DNA of 64,000 nucleotides from Coniocarpon cinnabarinum (Eukaryota): NCBI GenBank assembly GCA_051942205.1, contig JAVECO010000095.1, positions 1 to 64,000 of the forward strand, read 5' to 3'. Shown piece by piece: positions 49,217 to 62,501 of this stretch (position 1 is its first letter; each line of letters starts with the position of its first letter). The notes under the pieces were generated by a model. It saw only the letters and a program-made list of their open reading frames with translations, ran no database searches and was not told where the DNA came from. The position numbers and the translations under genes were made by a program.

Positions 49217-49911
49217 GAAGAAAGAAGGTGCTGTGGGTGGAAATTGGATCAATAGGACAGCGCTCAGGTGGCGAGGATCAACATTGTTATGGTTGCGCGA
49301 TCCGTGAGGACAGTCGAGCCAAGGTACCTGAGAACCACGTAGGAACAGAGCAGTGGCGCGAGCACCTTAGCACATAGGTCGGGTACCTGCGATTGCTTGC
49401 CACTAGCCAATGACGCGTTTGGCAAGCTACCTGACCTACCTCATAGGATCACCGCATGGATCTCTGCGCTTTACCGGGAACATCTCCCTATGGCCCCGAG
49501 GGCCCCGCTCGATCTCACTTTTCTACTGGAGAGAAGTTTCAATGCCACCACCCAAGGACCCTGGAGATGCAGAGTGTGTACTGCATTTTCGACACTTGAG
49601 CAGCAAATTTGGCACAAAATTGTGTCGGAAGACCCTCGGCATGGAGGACTGGGTGAGTAGTGGATGAACGCGGAGGGTTGCCACTCCTGTTCAAGATACG
49701 CGGCTCTATATCGTGGAAACTGCCCCTCAGAACCATTCAAGGGTACTCGGACAAATGCTGGATATCATATGCAGAACGCGAATGTGTTTTTTTCTTTTCC
49801 AAAACCCCTCCTTAATATGCCCTCATACACCATAGATATGTGCGAACCCGCCTTGGATCCTTCCCGTCCTACAATGCCCCTCCATTAGATGACCCATGGC
49901 TACAGCTGCAA

Positions 49912-51264
49912 TCAGTCAGACAAGTCAGGATTCGCGACAAATAGTCGTCCATAGCCTCTCATCGTCATGGACCTCTCGTCAACACTCCCTCTGCGTTGCA
50001 AATCATCGTTGGACTCTACGTCTGAGACATCTCGTACTCGGTGGGGCAGTCCTCCCACCTTGCCAAACTCATTTTCTTGAGCGCTGTTGGTGCTTCCTGG
50101 CGTTTCATTTTTGGAGCTTGCGCGTGGACTGAAATAATCTGAGCCCCGGAAGTCGTCTGGTACGGGTGTAGGCTCCGACCCTTGGGTCTCTGTGCGATGT
50201 CGTGCCTTTGTCTGCGCTTCCGCCGAGGGCGTTGCCGGGCCGCGCGTTTGTGGAGGTGTGTTGCCTTCGCTGCTGCCTCGTGTTCCTATTCCAGCCTGAC
50301 CAAGACCATACACACTACTGGCTCTGCCAGCACTGCCGAAACTGCTTCGCCCACTGCTGCTGCGATGATGAATCCGTTGCGCGGTAAGATGATCGTCCTC
50401 GCTATCCTCATCATCAACTTCCCGAGCGCTGAGACGCATGGGTACGCCGGAAGCAGCAGTGGGTGCTGGATTGTATTGTTGTGCTTTGGGTGCGCCGTGA
50501 TGTCTTATCTTGGCCCTCATGCCACCTGTGATGGACGAGTTGCCTGAGGTGGAGACGCGAGAAGAGGAGTGCGGATTGGAGTTGACCTCCATTGCTGCTC
50601 GCATCTTGGCGGCGCGCTGCTGTGCTACGAGGCGAGGGTCTTCGAACTGTGACCTTTGTTAGCAAGAAAGAAATCAGTGGTGGGACGTGTTCGAAGGGTG
50701 ACTGACCTGCGCTCGGTCGCTCCATACTGTAGCTTTTTGTTTTCGCATAAGAGCGACATAGCTGGTCGGTGAGCTGCCAGAACGGGATGACGTCGTTCTC
50801 TGAAGGGTGGAAGCACCGGCTGAGTGTTTACGCCCACCATTTGTGGAAGCAGTTGACGTTGTCGCATTAGACAGTGTTCGCCGCGTCCCCGCATTGGGGT
50901 ATGAATAGTTTGTCTGATTCATGCTGTTTGTATTCAAAGCTGCTGGCTCGCCTGGCTGGTACTGTGAATTTTGCTGTTGCTGCAGAGTGGCAGGTGAGAA
51001 GGAAGAGGGGGGTAAAGTCGCCGAAGATGTAGTCCGGTTATGAGCGTGTGAAGAGGCTCTTTGTTGCAGTGGGGGAGGACTCCGTGATGAAGAGGGCTCT
51101 TCAGGACGAATTTTCGTCAATGGTTGGATTCGCTCGGCTGGCCGTGCTGCCGAACGAGGAGGTTGCTGCTGTGGTAGAGATTGTTGGCTCGGCAGGGGTT
51201 TGCGATGGGGGACCCTCGAGACGAAGTTGGAAGTAGGAACAGGTTCGAAAGCCGTCTCGTTCAT
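49912..51264 (-). CDS. Conserved fungal low-complexity hypothetical protein, 2 exons
   Basis: SYVALMRKQKATVWSDRAQ then GTCAGT donor; exon 2 RAAMEV..KIRHH..GVPMRLSAREV..RRGSVDERSMTM..RLFVANPD. The start is uncertain. Confidence 0.75.
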
Positions 51265-52925
51265 TGCCAAGGAGTGATGGAGGGAGCGTTAGCACCGGGC
51301 TCAGTCCAAGCGATGCTGCCAGTGCCTGGGTTCTGGAGCGGGACGGTGTCGAGGATGGAGAGGAGAAGAGAGGGCAATGAACGATGACAGCGGAGAGCTG
51401 TGCGGGTGAGGGCGATGGGTGCTGGTGAGGGTGGTTGTTGGCTCTTTCCCAAGGCGGTGGAGCTTGCTGGGAGAATGGACGCGACGACTGACGCAAGGGA
51501 CTGCTGGCGCTAAGATTGTCCCAAAGTGACCAGTGCTCGAGGATGCTGACACGCCGACGGTGCGCTCGAAGGGTGATTGAGCCCCTCGGACCCTGAGAGG
51601 ATTTTAGGCTGGCGACGGCGCGACGGAGAGTTGGTCTGGGGCGGCGCGCGAAACCAGCGTCTAGGCTGATTGCGGATGGTGGCAGGTGAGTCCTGCTGTA
51701 TGTGTGTGTGTATGTATGTATCACTGTGTGGGAATGGGAGTGGGGATGCGCGCACGAGGCGACTCGTCCCGCGTGCTGCGCTGGTGTGCGAGGGCCAGTT
51801 TGAACAACTGTCAGAGATGAAGCTTGATTGACCGTGCTGTCGGTGGGCGGCAGGACGTGCAAAGGATATATGTCCCGGTGCACACAATGGGGGTGCTTCG
51901 CCAAATCAAAAGAACGGGCGCTGCGGGGAACGAGCGACTAGGTATTGTCACAGCAGCATTGGAACAAACCAAAGACAATGAGGTACAGCAGACGCAGCTT
52001 GGGCCAAAGCAACAAGAGTTGGGCGAGCCTCTTATACTTCATGTAACCTTAACGTCGCGCCTCACCCTTTCCACGTCCTCGACGGTTCCTTGTTCCTTCT
52101 CTCGACGCATGTGAGCGTGAGCGGCGACGACTACCTATTCTTAGGTCACGAGCAGTTTCTGCTGCTGACCATCATACCACCACCGTCGTCCTCGTTCTGG
52201 CTTCCGGCAGCCATGCGCAACGTGCAATATATTGCTGTTCGACAGCTGGCACTCCCGTATAGGTAAGGCAAGCTCGTTTATCGCGCACCTGGAGACCTGG
52301 AGCTCCAGGCGTGGACAACTTAGGGCGCTGCTCTGACGTCGCCGCTCCTGGTACGGAGTAGAGAGCCCAGAGAGTCTCCAGGCCTCCAGGCCCTTTCATA
52401 CCTGCCAACAGGCGTAGCCCCTGACCGACACCTAAAATGACCTGAGTCTCTGGAGTCGGATTTGTTCGTGTCCGCATCCAACACAGCTCGCGGTAGATGC
52501 TCAACTCTCACGTCCATGGACAAAGTGGGGCTAATGTCCTGCTATAGTCAATGAAGGAGGTGCTGGTCGTGCCGTGGGTGCTACCTACCTACGCAGACAC
52601 AGCAGTCCTGATTCAAACAGCTCCACCGCCGTTGCCTTTTGTCGCCCGCGCCCGCTATCCCTTCTTTCCCACATGTTCACCCAGGGCATCTTTGCATCAT
52701 CTGGCTGCGTGTCGCGAGCGACCCCGTCTGACGCTGGCAGAGATCGTCTGGGTCCAGCAACGCACACGTTGGGACTACATGAGACCGACTTCTGTGGCTT
52801 GAGTAGGCGAGCTCGATCGGCAAGGCCGTCTCATGCATTGCATTGTGACATTCCAGCGGAGGAGGGGCACAGGCAAAGCCAATCGTACTTGCTCCTCATT
52901 GATTCAATGAAGAAATTGTTGCTGA

Positions 52926-54885
52926 TCACGCCGAGCCTTGATTGCTTTCAAGCTCATGCAATGCCGTCTTCGCCTTTTCGATGGTAGCCGCAGCTTCTTC
53001 CAAGTCTGGTAGCATTTGGACATCGCTCGAGCTGTCCACAACGCCGGCGGCTAGGCGCACGCGCAAGCCTTCTTCGGCATGTCTCAGGCTCTGGCGCCCT
53101 CGTTCGCGAAGCTCCTCGATCCATGACTCTCTGGCATCTTCCCATTTCACTTGCATGCGGCGCAACGACCAGGTCAATCCCAAAGCTGCAACCGCGCCGG
53201 CTTGCATCAAGCCAAATGCAGGCCACGAGAGGGCGATCAGCACAGCGAATGTCGAGGAAAGCAGCGTCACGCTCGCTGACTGTAGTACCAGCGTTTGCGA
53301 CAACGCTTCCAGCGCAGGCAAGCTTTCTGAAAGTACCTGTTGCCTTGCTTTCTCGATCGCAAACGGCCTCGGGACCACGTCCTGCTTTGTTGCTGTAAAG
53401 TCGTCCGTGTCGTGTTGATCGGCAAGGCCAGCCTCCGCGAAACGTCCTTCAAGCCAAATGAGGCTTCGCTCGCTCGCTTTCAGCCAATTGTCGGCAGTCA
53501 CACGGCCTAATGTTATGCCAACGTCGTCGACGCGCCAGAACAGCTTCCACCACTGCAGCTTCTTCCAGTCTCTGCTGACTAATACTCTCTCGAGGGAATC
53601 CCGCAGCTCGCCGTGTCCATGAATAGCCCATTTGGTCAGAGATTCTTCAAGAGCAGCTGTTCTCGTTGCAAAGAGTGTGGTAGAGACTCTAGTAGCCATT
53701 CTCGTGCGATCCGCTTCCAAAGCCCTGTCTGCGCGATCGAGGATATCGTCGATGAGTGTCCGGACAGCAGCAATCATACCGCTCCTTTGGGTTTGAGTAC
53801 CCGCCAAAAGCCAATCGAGTATCTTGGGAACACCACTTGCCTTCCATCCCGCTGCAAAATTGGGTGCATTTTCGACTGAGGTCTGCAGCAGATCAATTGA
53901 TTCGACGGCACGGTCTGTGTCAATCAAAATCAGGTCACGCGGTAGGTTGTCCTCACTGCGAGCATCAAAGCGGCTCATATTGAGAGCGGTCGCTACTGAA
54001 ACTAAATCGCGCTGCTGTGCATCACCTCGTTGGGTCCATACTCCAAGATTCACACACCCTGCAAGACCATCCGCGAGTATGACTGCCTGATGTACCGGAT
54101 GTCTAATGAAAGATACGTTTCCAGAGAATGACATTGGCGTGCCAACCATAGGCACTAATGCCGTCGCTTCAAATTGAGCAGGGCTTGCAGCGAGTGAAGC
54201 GGCGGGTGTAGTAGATATTAAAAGCTCTATGTTATTTCTTTGAAGGACGGCTGACGGAACGTGCTGTACGTTGACAGACGCACGGGGAGCCATTGGAGCA
54301 GCTTCATCTCCAAAGCTGGTGATATGTCAGCAAATGACTACCTGGTAGTTTGCAGGAGAAAGCCGAACCGGATCAAGAGGCTTCCATCATCCCCAAAGTC
54401 GCCAGTCTCCAGCGCTTTTTCCCATGGTAAAGTTGGGTTGAGTGGATCAGCCAAGAGAGTCCTGGCGAGCTTTCGAGTAGCGGTGAGACCATTCAGTCCT
54501 AGGACTGGATTGTGTAAGCCTGGAGGTTAGGCGGTTGCAGCAGTGGACTCTTACGTGCGACTCGGACGGTAGGGTGTGAAGTTTCTAAACCTCTCAAGGC
54601 CAGCTCAAGACGGCTGAGGTCAACATAGCTCGCTGCAACTTTCTTAAGCTGCGTCAAGCTCTCATGTAACTGCTGAAATGCTGGAGGAACGTCTGTTCTG
54701 ACTGAAAGGGCCGTGGCTGATTGGTGTTGAGAAGCTCGCTGGTGGACAAGCTTCAACAAACAATATGGGGGGCCTCGTCCGCAGAGCAATGACTTCTTCG
54801 CATATCTCGTGTTAAGCCGGGTCCACGGCAAGCTCGTTGCTGATCTCAATGCATGCACCGGAGCAGCTGGGGAAGCCAGAGGCAT
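52926..54885 (-). CDS. MMC1-like mitochondrial protein, multi-exon
   Basis: Presequence-like N-terminus; YVDLSRLELALRGLE; LLADPL..W; HPVHQAVI; HGELRDSL; WKKLQWWKLFWRVDDV; LRRMQVKWE. Confidence 0.78.
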
Positions 54886-55058
54886 TGATGGCCTCCCGTC
54901 ATGTAGCTGGTAGCAACAGCTTCACGCGAAATGGCCGCGATACTTGGGAAATCTTGGCGTGCCAAGTCTTGCAATGGGAGTCTTGGCCGTCGTACCAAAT
55001 TCTAGAACAGCCTGTGGGTCTTAAATGTGTTTCTTGAATTCAAGAGAGGCCAGTATAG

Positions 55059-55547
55059 TCATCTCGAATGCCTTGTATGATGGGCGAGCGATGGGACCCG
55101 CGTAACATACGTCCCCACGATGTTCCTGTTCGTTAGCTCACAGCCATGTTTGATGGGCATGAACCGGCGACGATACTTGGAACAGAAGCACATGAGCTCG
55201 ATGAGTGTAAGATTATCAATTGATCCTCTGGACTTCTCCTGTGGTCTTGGAAACACGTAAACCGGTGAAACCTGTTCCTTATCGTCGTAGCTGCATTCTC
55301 CACTACAGCACCAAAAGAAAGCGTCGCAAAGCCCAGCACCCGAGCCTTTACTATACTTATTGCAATACAAGTCGGCTGGGCTGGGCGGCGCCCACTTGAT
55401 CAAAGCCATCAACTTCTTTGCAACCTTTGTGTTTCTTGTGAAATTTGCGAAATTTTTCTCGTTCCATTTCGTCGGTGCGATGCCATGTGTACCAAGCAGG
55501 AAACGTCTACACTCCATCCCATTCATCGGCCCGAGCACAGATGACAT
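55059..55547 (-). CDS. Possible small Cys-rich protein
   Basis: 162-aa ORF with C-x11-C-x5-CC-x3-C cluster (CNKYSKGSGAGLCDAFFWCCSGEC); no clear signal peptide. Confidence 0.3.
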   Translation of the reverse strand: MSSVLGPMNGMECRRFLLGTHGIAPTKWNEKNFANFTRNTKVAKKLMALIKWAPPSPADLYCNKYSKGSGAGLCDAFFWCCSGECSYDDKEQVSPVYVFPRPQEKSRGSIDNLTLIELMCFCSKYRRRFMPIKHGCELTNRNIVGTYVTRVPSLAHHTRHSR

Positions 55548-57021
55548 TCATATAGTGAACTGATGAGCATGGAGCGGTCGTTCATCGTCCTGTTGTGTGA
55601 GACATCTGGCTCACTTAGCTAGATGACGTGTCTAAAACTTTTATGAATATCCCAGTAGTCATAGAAGTACGATCGATTGATGACTCTGTTTATTGTTACT
55701 TTTTCGCATCGGTACGCGGGGCTCACGGGTGGGGATTGCCTTCCCCCAGTATGCAGCAAGATTTAGAGCATCCCTCAGGTGCTTCATCCCGCCTGTCACC
55801 GGCAGCGCACAAGATACAAATGTCATTACTTAGAACGAAACCCGAGTTAGGGAGCTTCGGCCCTGACTGGGACGTGTAGCGAAACTGATCTTTGAGCAAT
55901 GTTGTGAAAGGACAGATCCCGGCTGTTTGGATCGATTCTGTCTCCCGGGTGGCTTCGTAGGTCGCGAGCGAGCGATGTGGTTGAGCAATGATTCTTTATA
56001 CCATTTGTAAAAAGGCAGGAAGTTGATGGTATTGAAGAAGATGCAGCTACCAAAGCAAGACCAGTTTTGCTAAAATCGGCACACTTGATATGGTCAGACT
56101 GCTAACAACTAGAAGGTACCCCCTGTGCACTGCCAGGCACAGCTGAATGACAGCGTGTCCCACAGGCGCCACGACCCATGCCTCCGCAATCGTCAGCAGC
56201 TTCTGACTCACGGTAACTTGCTTGGTAGATCCACATCCGAAGTATGCGGCATCCGCAGTCGACGCAACTACCCCTGCTCCTTGTAATGCTTGACGTTGTT
56301 CCCACTTTTCGCACAAGCAAGGCACGATACACTCTGACTCGGTCGGGGAATAGTCTCCTCACATTGCTGAGTCTTGCCTTTTGGACTGCCAGCAGCAGCA
56401 CTTCTGTTGAGAATCTATGGAGCGAAGTTCAGATCGAAGAGTGGGATTGCAACAAGTCGGGAAGGCAGGAGGCTGTAGAGCCTTCCAGCGTGAAGCGTCT
56501 CAGCGTTCCCGCAGGAGGTTTGGTTAGCGCTGTTGAATCGCGAGCGTTTTGGGAATAAGAAAATGCAAACTTCTCGTGACACTAAATTTAGAAAAACGAG
56601 GGTTCAAGTGAAATAGCAGAAGAAAGTATATTGTCTCTACGGAGTGAGCAGTCCAAGCGTTCGAAGTGCGGCGGTCATCTTAGCACATGCATTTTTACGG
56701 GCAGAGTGCAGCTTTCCGACCTGGACAACGCGCCCTACTGAGCCGCGCAAAAAAGTTTCAGGACAATCTTGGAACATTTGGTAATTCAATCATCAGAGGC
56801 TTCAAAACTGATTGTGAAGATTCTTAGTGACTTGTGTTGGCGACCGAGCATTTATGTTCGAGAAAGGATGTCAGAAGCGTGACAGCCTTTGCCCGCAAGC
56901 CATGATCAGCGTTGCCATCAAGGGTATCTTTCTTAGGTACTCACATCTATGCAAGAACTAGCCGCCTTGGATCCACCACCATTTCGTCGTCACATCGTAC
57001 AAAGCGCAGTCCTTCTCACAT

Positions 57022-58806
57022 TCATGACGCTGGAGACGGCCGACTTCGACCAGATCCTGAGGTCACACTAATCCTTCGTGCCATGCTCTGCAGTCCACGA
57101 TCGTTGTCGGCATCTCTTGCGGCTTTGTCCAACGCTTGGTGTCTGCTCTCATCCATACTCTTTCTCCTCTCTTCTTGCGTCGGCGGCAGACGTTCGTTTT
57201 GTAAGTCAACTTTCCGTGCATCTTCGAAACTAGTGATCGCTTGCTTGATACCCTCTGCACCCAGCATCAGCGTGCCTGCTGGTAGTCGCCCACCCGACGC
57301 GGTTTTCAACTCAGTCACGCGCTCCGATTCTTCACGCAGGACCTGGAACACACGCGACAATCGTCCAATGGCCAATATCTTGTTCTTTATGGCCCTTCGC
57401 TTGAACTCGACAGAGTTTGGATCATCGCTAATGGGTGGAGAGACGAGGCCGGCCGAGCTGGGTGTATCCTCATCCAACTCCTCCTTTGAGCAGGTGTTGA
57501 GTATTGCGATGAGCATGTCAGTAATCTTCTCGCCCACAAATGGAAGTGACCAGGTGAAGACGTCCATGAAATTGGGCAGCCAGTAGGGGTGCGGAGTGCA
57601 GTTGAATTGGCGGATGTTCATGACATTGTTTTCGTACTTCAAGACGGCTGCTTTGTTATTGTAGACGTCCAAGTAATTGGGCGCGCTGAAGATGGTCATA
57701 ACGCTTGGGAAGCCTGTGGTCCTGGTCTTGCGGTACATGCGGTATCCAGCATCCTGTGCTTCGTGGGCTCGAATGACAGACAAGAGGTTGTTCTTCTCGA
57801 GAAAGTGGCAAGCTGAGGGGTATGAGAAGAAGTAGGAGCATCCGCGTACGTGATTGTGCGTGAAGAACTCCGAGGTCTTCTCTTGTCCAAACTCTTCAAG
57901 TGGATCCGACCACAAGATATCGCACATCAGGCCATGCGTGGGAGGTTCACGGAAGCGCTCAATCTGACACTTGTTAGAGATGCACTTTGATCCTACAACA
58001 ACAGGCCACTTACACTCTTGATATCATCAAGCGTGTGTAACTCTGGGCTTAAACCACCATGAATACACAGGAACTGCTTGTTCATCACGGCAGCCAAGGG
58101 CAGTGCGCAGAACGATTCTAGACATGCCTCATAGATCGCCTCGGAGTACTTGTGCTTGCATTCAAGCTTGAATGTGAAATAGTCTGTCAGGTGGCGACAT
58201 TCGTGATTTCCTCGCAGCAGCCACAGCGTGTTTGGATACCATATTTTGAGCGTCCAGATATAAAGCACACACTGCGCCTTGTTAGCTGAACCCAGAAACC
58301 GGTTAGCAGTACATGCAGCTGCACACCTCTATGCTGAAGTAACCGCGATCAACGTAATCACCCAAAAACAGGTAACGCGTTTCTGCAGGATCGCCACCAA
58401 CTTCAAACAATTTCATCAAGTCAAAATATTGACCGTGAATGTCGCCGCAGACAGTGATTGGTGCATCCATCTCGAGTAAGTTCGGCTCTGCTCGTAGGAG
58501 CTCAGTGCCTTTGTGAATAATCCACATGGCCTGATCTTGTCGAAGCCGACCTTCACGACAGAAATGTTGCTTCAGAAACTGAAGATTCGGCTTTGACGGG
58601 TCATGAGGAGACCAGAATTGCTCGTCAGTGGGGGGTTGGGTAGCGGGCGCCTGAACATCTTTGCAAACTCTTTCTTGGGTGCTGACCTCAGTACCATCAT
58701 CCAGACGATGACGAGAGAGATCAGCCTCCGGACGGGGCTTCTTCTCTGTGATGGCGTTTGCCATTGCGTTGATGTGCGCCTTCTGTTCATCGTTGACACC
58801 CTCCAT
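57022..58806 (-). CDS. CNA1: Calcineurin catalytic subunit A (PP2B), 3 exons
   Basis: [42 protein letters not shown], CnB-binding [19 protein letters not shown], CaM-binding KNKILAIGR, autoinhibitory [17 protein letters not shown]. Confidence 0.98.
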
Positions 58807-59346
58807 GGTGAGGGGAGGAGGCGTCTTTACAGGGGCAAGTTAAGGTACAGGTGAAGTGAGCAAAGTCTTGCAAGCGCAATTCGCAGTCTGAGGTCCGTCC
58901 GATCACAATGATGTGTATACGAATGCTGATTCTGGTTGCAACCCCAGTCAATGGCAAATTTAAAATCCGATAGAGCTATTCACCAGCCCGAGAACTCGAC
59001 TCGTGTGTCAATGCAAGACGTAGTGTGCGCCCGCAATCGTAAGTGGCCAAGGCGTCCAGGGCTGTCGATGAAGTACAAGTTGGACTGCAGGCGCAGAGAA
59101 CCATATAGACAGGTCACAATGCAACGAGATCGGTTGGATAAGACAAGACGAATCCGCCTGAGGGGTGGGTTTACAAGAGGCGCGGATTTAGCGCATAAGC
59201 GGTGCCACCAACACGCCAGTGGGCGCAGATGTGCCTGGAGAACCAGTGGGCAGGGTTGTGGACTCGACCAAACCACTTGATAGAGTCAAGCTTCCAGTCT
59301 TGTGGCCAGCAGCTCAGCGTTACTATGGTTCATAAACTTTAGCAGC

Positions 59347-59938
59347 ATGTACAGCGAATGTATGTGGGTTGTGAAAAGCGGCAGGGAGCCTTGGACAGCT
59401 GCTAATGATGCTAATAGCACATTCCATCCTTGCGCAGGTACCTCTCACTGTATCCCCCTTCGTCTCCCTGCCCACGGCGACAACTCTGCCCTACACATAT
59501 AGGTCACTGCCGTCATCATTACCGCCCTCGTCAACAGGTGATCAGACTGGCGACACAGCGGCCGAGAAGCCGAAGTTTGTCGTCTCGTCCTCAGGACAAG
59601 CTGTTCATCCGGATGAAATCCTTGCCTCATGCCAACACCTGCAGACTCATCTCACGAGCCTTGCGGAGGATGCCAAGCGAAGACTGAACGCTTGGGAGAA
59701 TGCTATAGATGAAAGGGAGCTTGCCGAGAAGCGCAGACTTGCTCCAGGTTGGCTGGACCGCAACGAGCGCATGCTTCAACCATCGAGCATGCAGCCAAGC
59801 GGATACCAGACGTTTGAGCCGCTGAAAGCGCCTTCGGCACAACACGAATCAGAACAAACAAGCGAGAAAGGGGCAGCAGAGTCGACCACAGCAGGAGAAG
59901 AGCTAGATCGAGCATTTGGCACAATGGACATGCGATGA
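59347..59938 (+). CDS. Conserved fungal hypothetical protein, possibly an APC/C subunit Apc9-like protein, 2 exons
   Basis: Exon 1 MYSE, intron 59360-59417 (GTATGT..CTAAT..TAG); HSILAQVPLTVSPFVSLPTATTLPY..ERELAEKRRLAPGWLD..MLQP..ELDRAFG. The Apc9 link rests only on the RRLAPGWLD motif. Confidence 0.7.
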
Positions 59939-61252
59939 CATACACGTCCTGGCCCTGTTTAGGGAGCACGGCATCAGTACATCGCATCGCGATGCTGCAA
60001 TAGATACTGCACAACAACGCGCATTCTGAATCGATACCATACTGGAGCTACTTTTGTACACAATCTCCCTTCTTTAGAGGGCATCGCTCAAATACGGCAG
60101 CACAACCGGGATGAAGTTTCGATGCCAAAGGCGCATCTCCAGATTGGGGAAAGGATTCGGTTGAAGATCGACAGACGGCGGGAGCATCACCGATGACCAG
60201 CAGCATTATGGCGTCACAGGCTCTCATTACAGGACGCGAAATTGGGGTGTGACGACGATAGATTTGCGATAGAGTCGAGGCACGGCTAGATTCCCAGGCG
60301 GGCGTGCGTGATACGCGTGCACTGATCGATCTCCCAATTCCGCATCAATGCCTGCGAAAGATGGTGGTCAAGAGCATTGCGTACAAGCGTGAGAAGGTTG
60401 AGTACACGGAGTACTGCCATCGCTGTGCACGAGCATGGCAGGTTGCAGGGATAACATTTGGGTAGTATCGCATGGCCAGCTCAGTGAAAGCCGGACGAGA
60501 GGGATAGGAGGAGCTACTCCGTAGGTCTTTGGCCCCAGGCACCAGGCACGCGACAAGAGGCAGCGAAAAAGGTGACGACACAAGAGGCAGGCGGGCGGCA
60601 ACGTCATTCCTGGACCCTGAGCGCTCTGGGCTTGGCTTTGGCTCTGGCGCAGACCCACCGTGCCACACTCTCCAAAGTGGCGGGGAGCCTCCGTGACTCC
60701 AGTAGCGCTGCTCGTCAGAAGCCAGCATCAACGTCCACGGTGACAAGACGAGATCTACCGCTGATCCCGAGGTGGCTGCAGCGTTCCCAATGAAACGACA
60801 CAGCGAACACGCTGCAGAGAAGCAAGCACGCCTCCAGGGGCGTCAACAACACCTGAGTGCCACAGCCGTGTGAAACCCAGCGCCCGCCCGTGCCCCCCGG
60901 CTGGGACGTCAGAGGAAGAGGACCCTGGAGCAGAACAGACGCCGATCAGCAGGCTAATGACCTCAGTCCCACCCGTCCACCACCAATCGCGGCCGGCGAT
61001 CTCTACGGCTGGCCTGTCGCTGCCAGCATCGGTGAGCCGGGGCCTCCTGCTCTTACGTCTGTCTCCCCCACTGGCCGTGACCCTCAACGGTCCCTCTCCC
61101 ATATATTCCACCACGAATCCCAGTCACACGTTCAATCTTTGCTCCCCACCATCAGCTTCAAACCACAGCTCAGACCCTACACTGAATTACAGTTGACTGC
61201 TTCGCTCAACCCTCGATCTACCTTCAAATCACTCTATTACTCCACACAACAA

Positions 61253-61564
61253 ATGTCTTCGCCCGCATCATACGGTCAAGAGACCATGCCCACCATGGCT
61301 GGTGAACCCATGACCGCTGCTCCAGTCACTTTTGACCCTCTCGCATACGCTCGGTACGCTCTCGAGGCCGAGAGACAATGACCCTTGCAACTATAATACT
61401 AATTGATCTCCAGCTCCATGCACGAGCACACTCGTCGCCAAATGCACATCATGACCGACTCTTCTCACCGACGAACCCACGAGAGCAACAGCGTCAGCAC
61501 TCCCACATCTCTCTCCACCGAGTCCAGCTCCCAGTCAGACTCTTCAGATCAATCTCCTCAGTGA
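61253..61564 (+). CDS. Small (83 aa) spliced hypothetical protein
   Basis: Intron 61354-61413 (GTACGC..CTAAT..CAG) joins DPLAYAR to SMHEHTRRQM and a Ser-rich tail; ATG in AAC-rich context; stop TGA 61562-61564. Confidence 0.65.
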
Positions 61565-62501
61565 TCCGCCGCAATCAAAACTCTCTTCCATCCTTCCGCA
61601 ATATTCCGGCATCAGCATGAGCATGAGCATCTACGAGACATTTGAGCGTGATTGACATTTATGAAAACACATTTATCCGATGCGCGCGAGGCGTTGACTC
61701 ATTGGAGGCAAGGATCACCTGTATACCCAAGCAACTTTACACATATTTGAACCATCAATCATCCTCCATGGGTGACGTTCTCAGGACAAACATTACACTT
61801 CTCTTCTTGTCGATTCTCTTGCCCTGTCGTCGTATTTCGTGCTTGTTTTTCTTGGTAGTGTACTCGCATGAATTCTTCAGCACTGCATGGTATCGTTTGG
61901 CGAGCGCATCACCCCTATCACGCACGGCATCTGTGCAGTGCGCGAGACCCTCGGGACGTGCGGGTAAGAGCCTCCCACAAATATAAGCGCCATCCTCATG
62001 ACTATGAATGTATGACGTGGAGTACATTAAGTTCTAGTTGGATTGATGGGAAGGGGTCAGTGACTTTCTCAGCATGGTTACTTGGCGATAGCAAAGCTGC
62101 TGTGTCACCACTGTATCTTGAGGCACGTTCCATCCGCACTGATCTCACCGCTGCTTGTCATCAATTGCTAAGCTGTACGCGGAGCATGTCGTATGTGCGC
62201 GAGTGCAATCGCTTTCACGCGATTTTGGAAGCTTTACTTGGGCATGAATGAGATTTCAGAGTGGCGAACGCCTGCATTTATCCAAGCCACACCCTTGGGC
62301 GTCTAGCTTGCTTGATTGCGTATTCCCTGCGCAACTGCAGCATCGCATTGTCAAATCTGAAGAAGTAGAGCAGGAAGAAAGCCCCGGAAATGCCTTTTAC
62401 CCCATTCGCCCTGAACGGGAGGCGCGATCCATAAATGCTTCAATTCCACAGCCGCGATTTACCGCACAAACGCCTCCCTGGTCGACCTTTGCCCACTAAT
62501 G

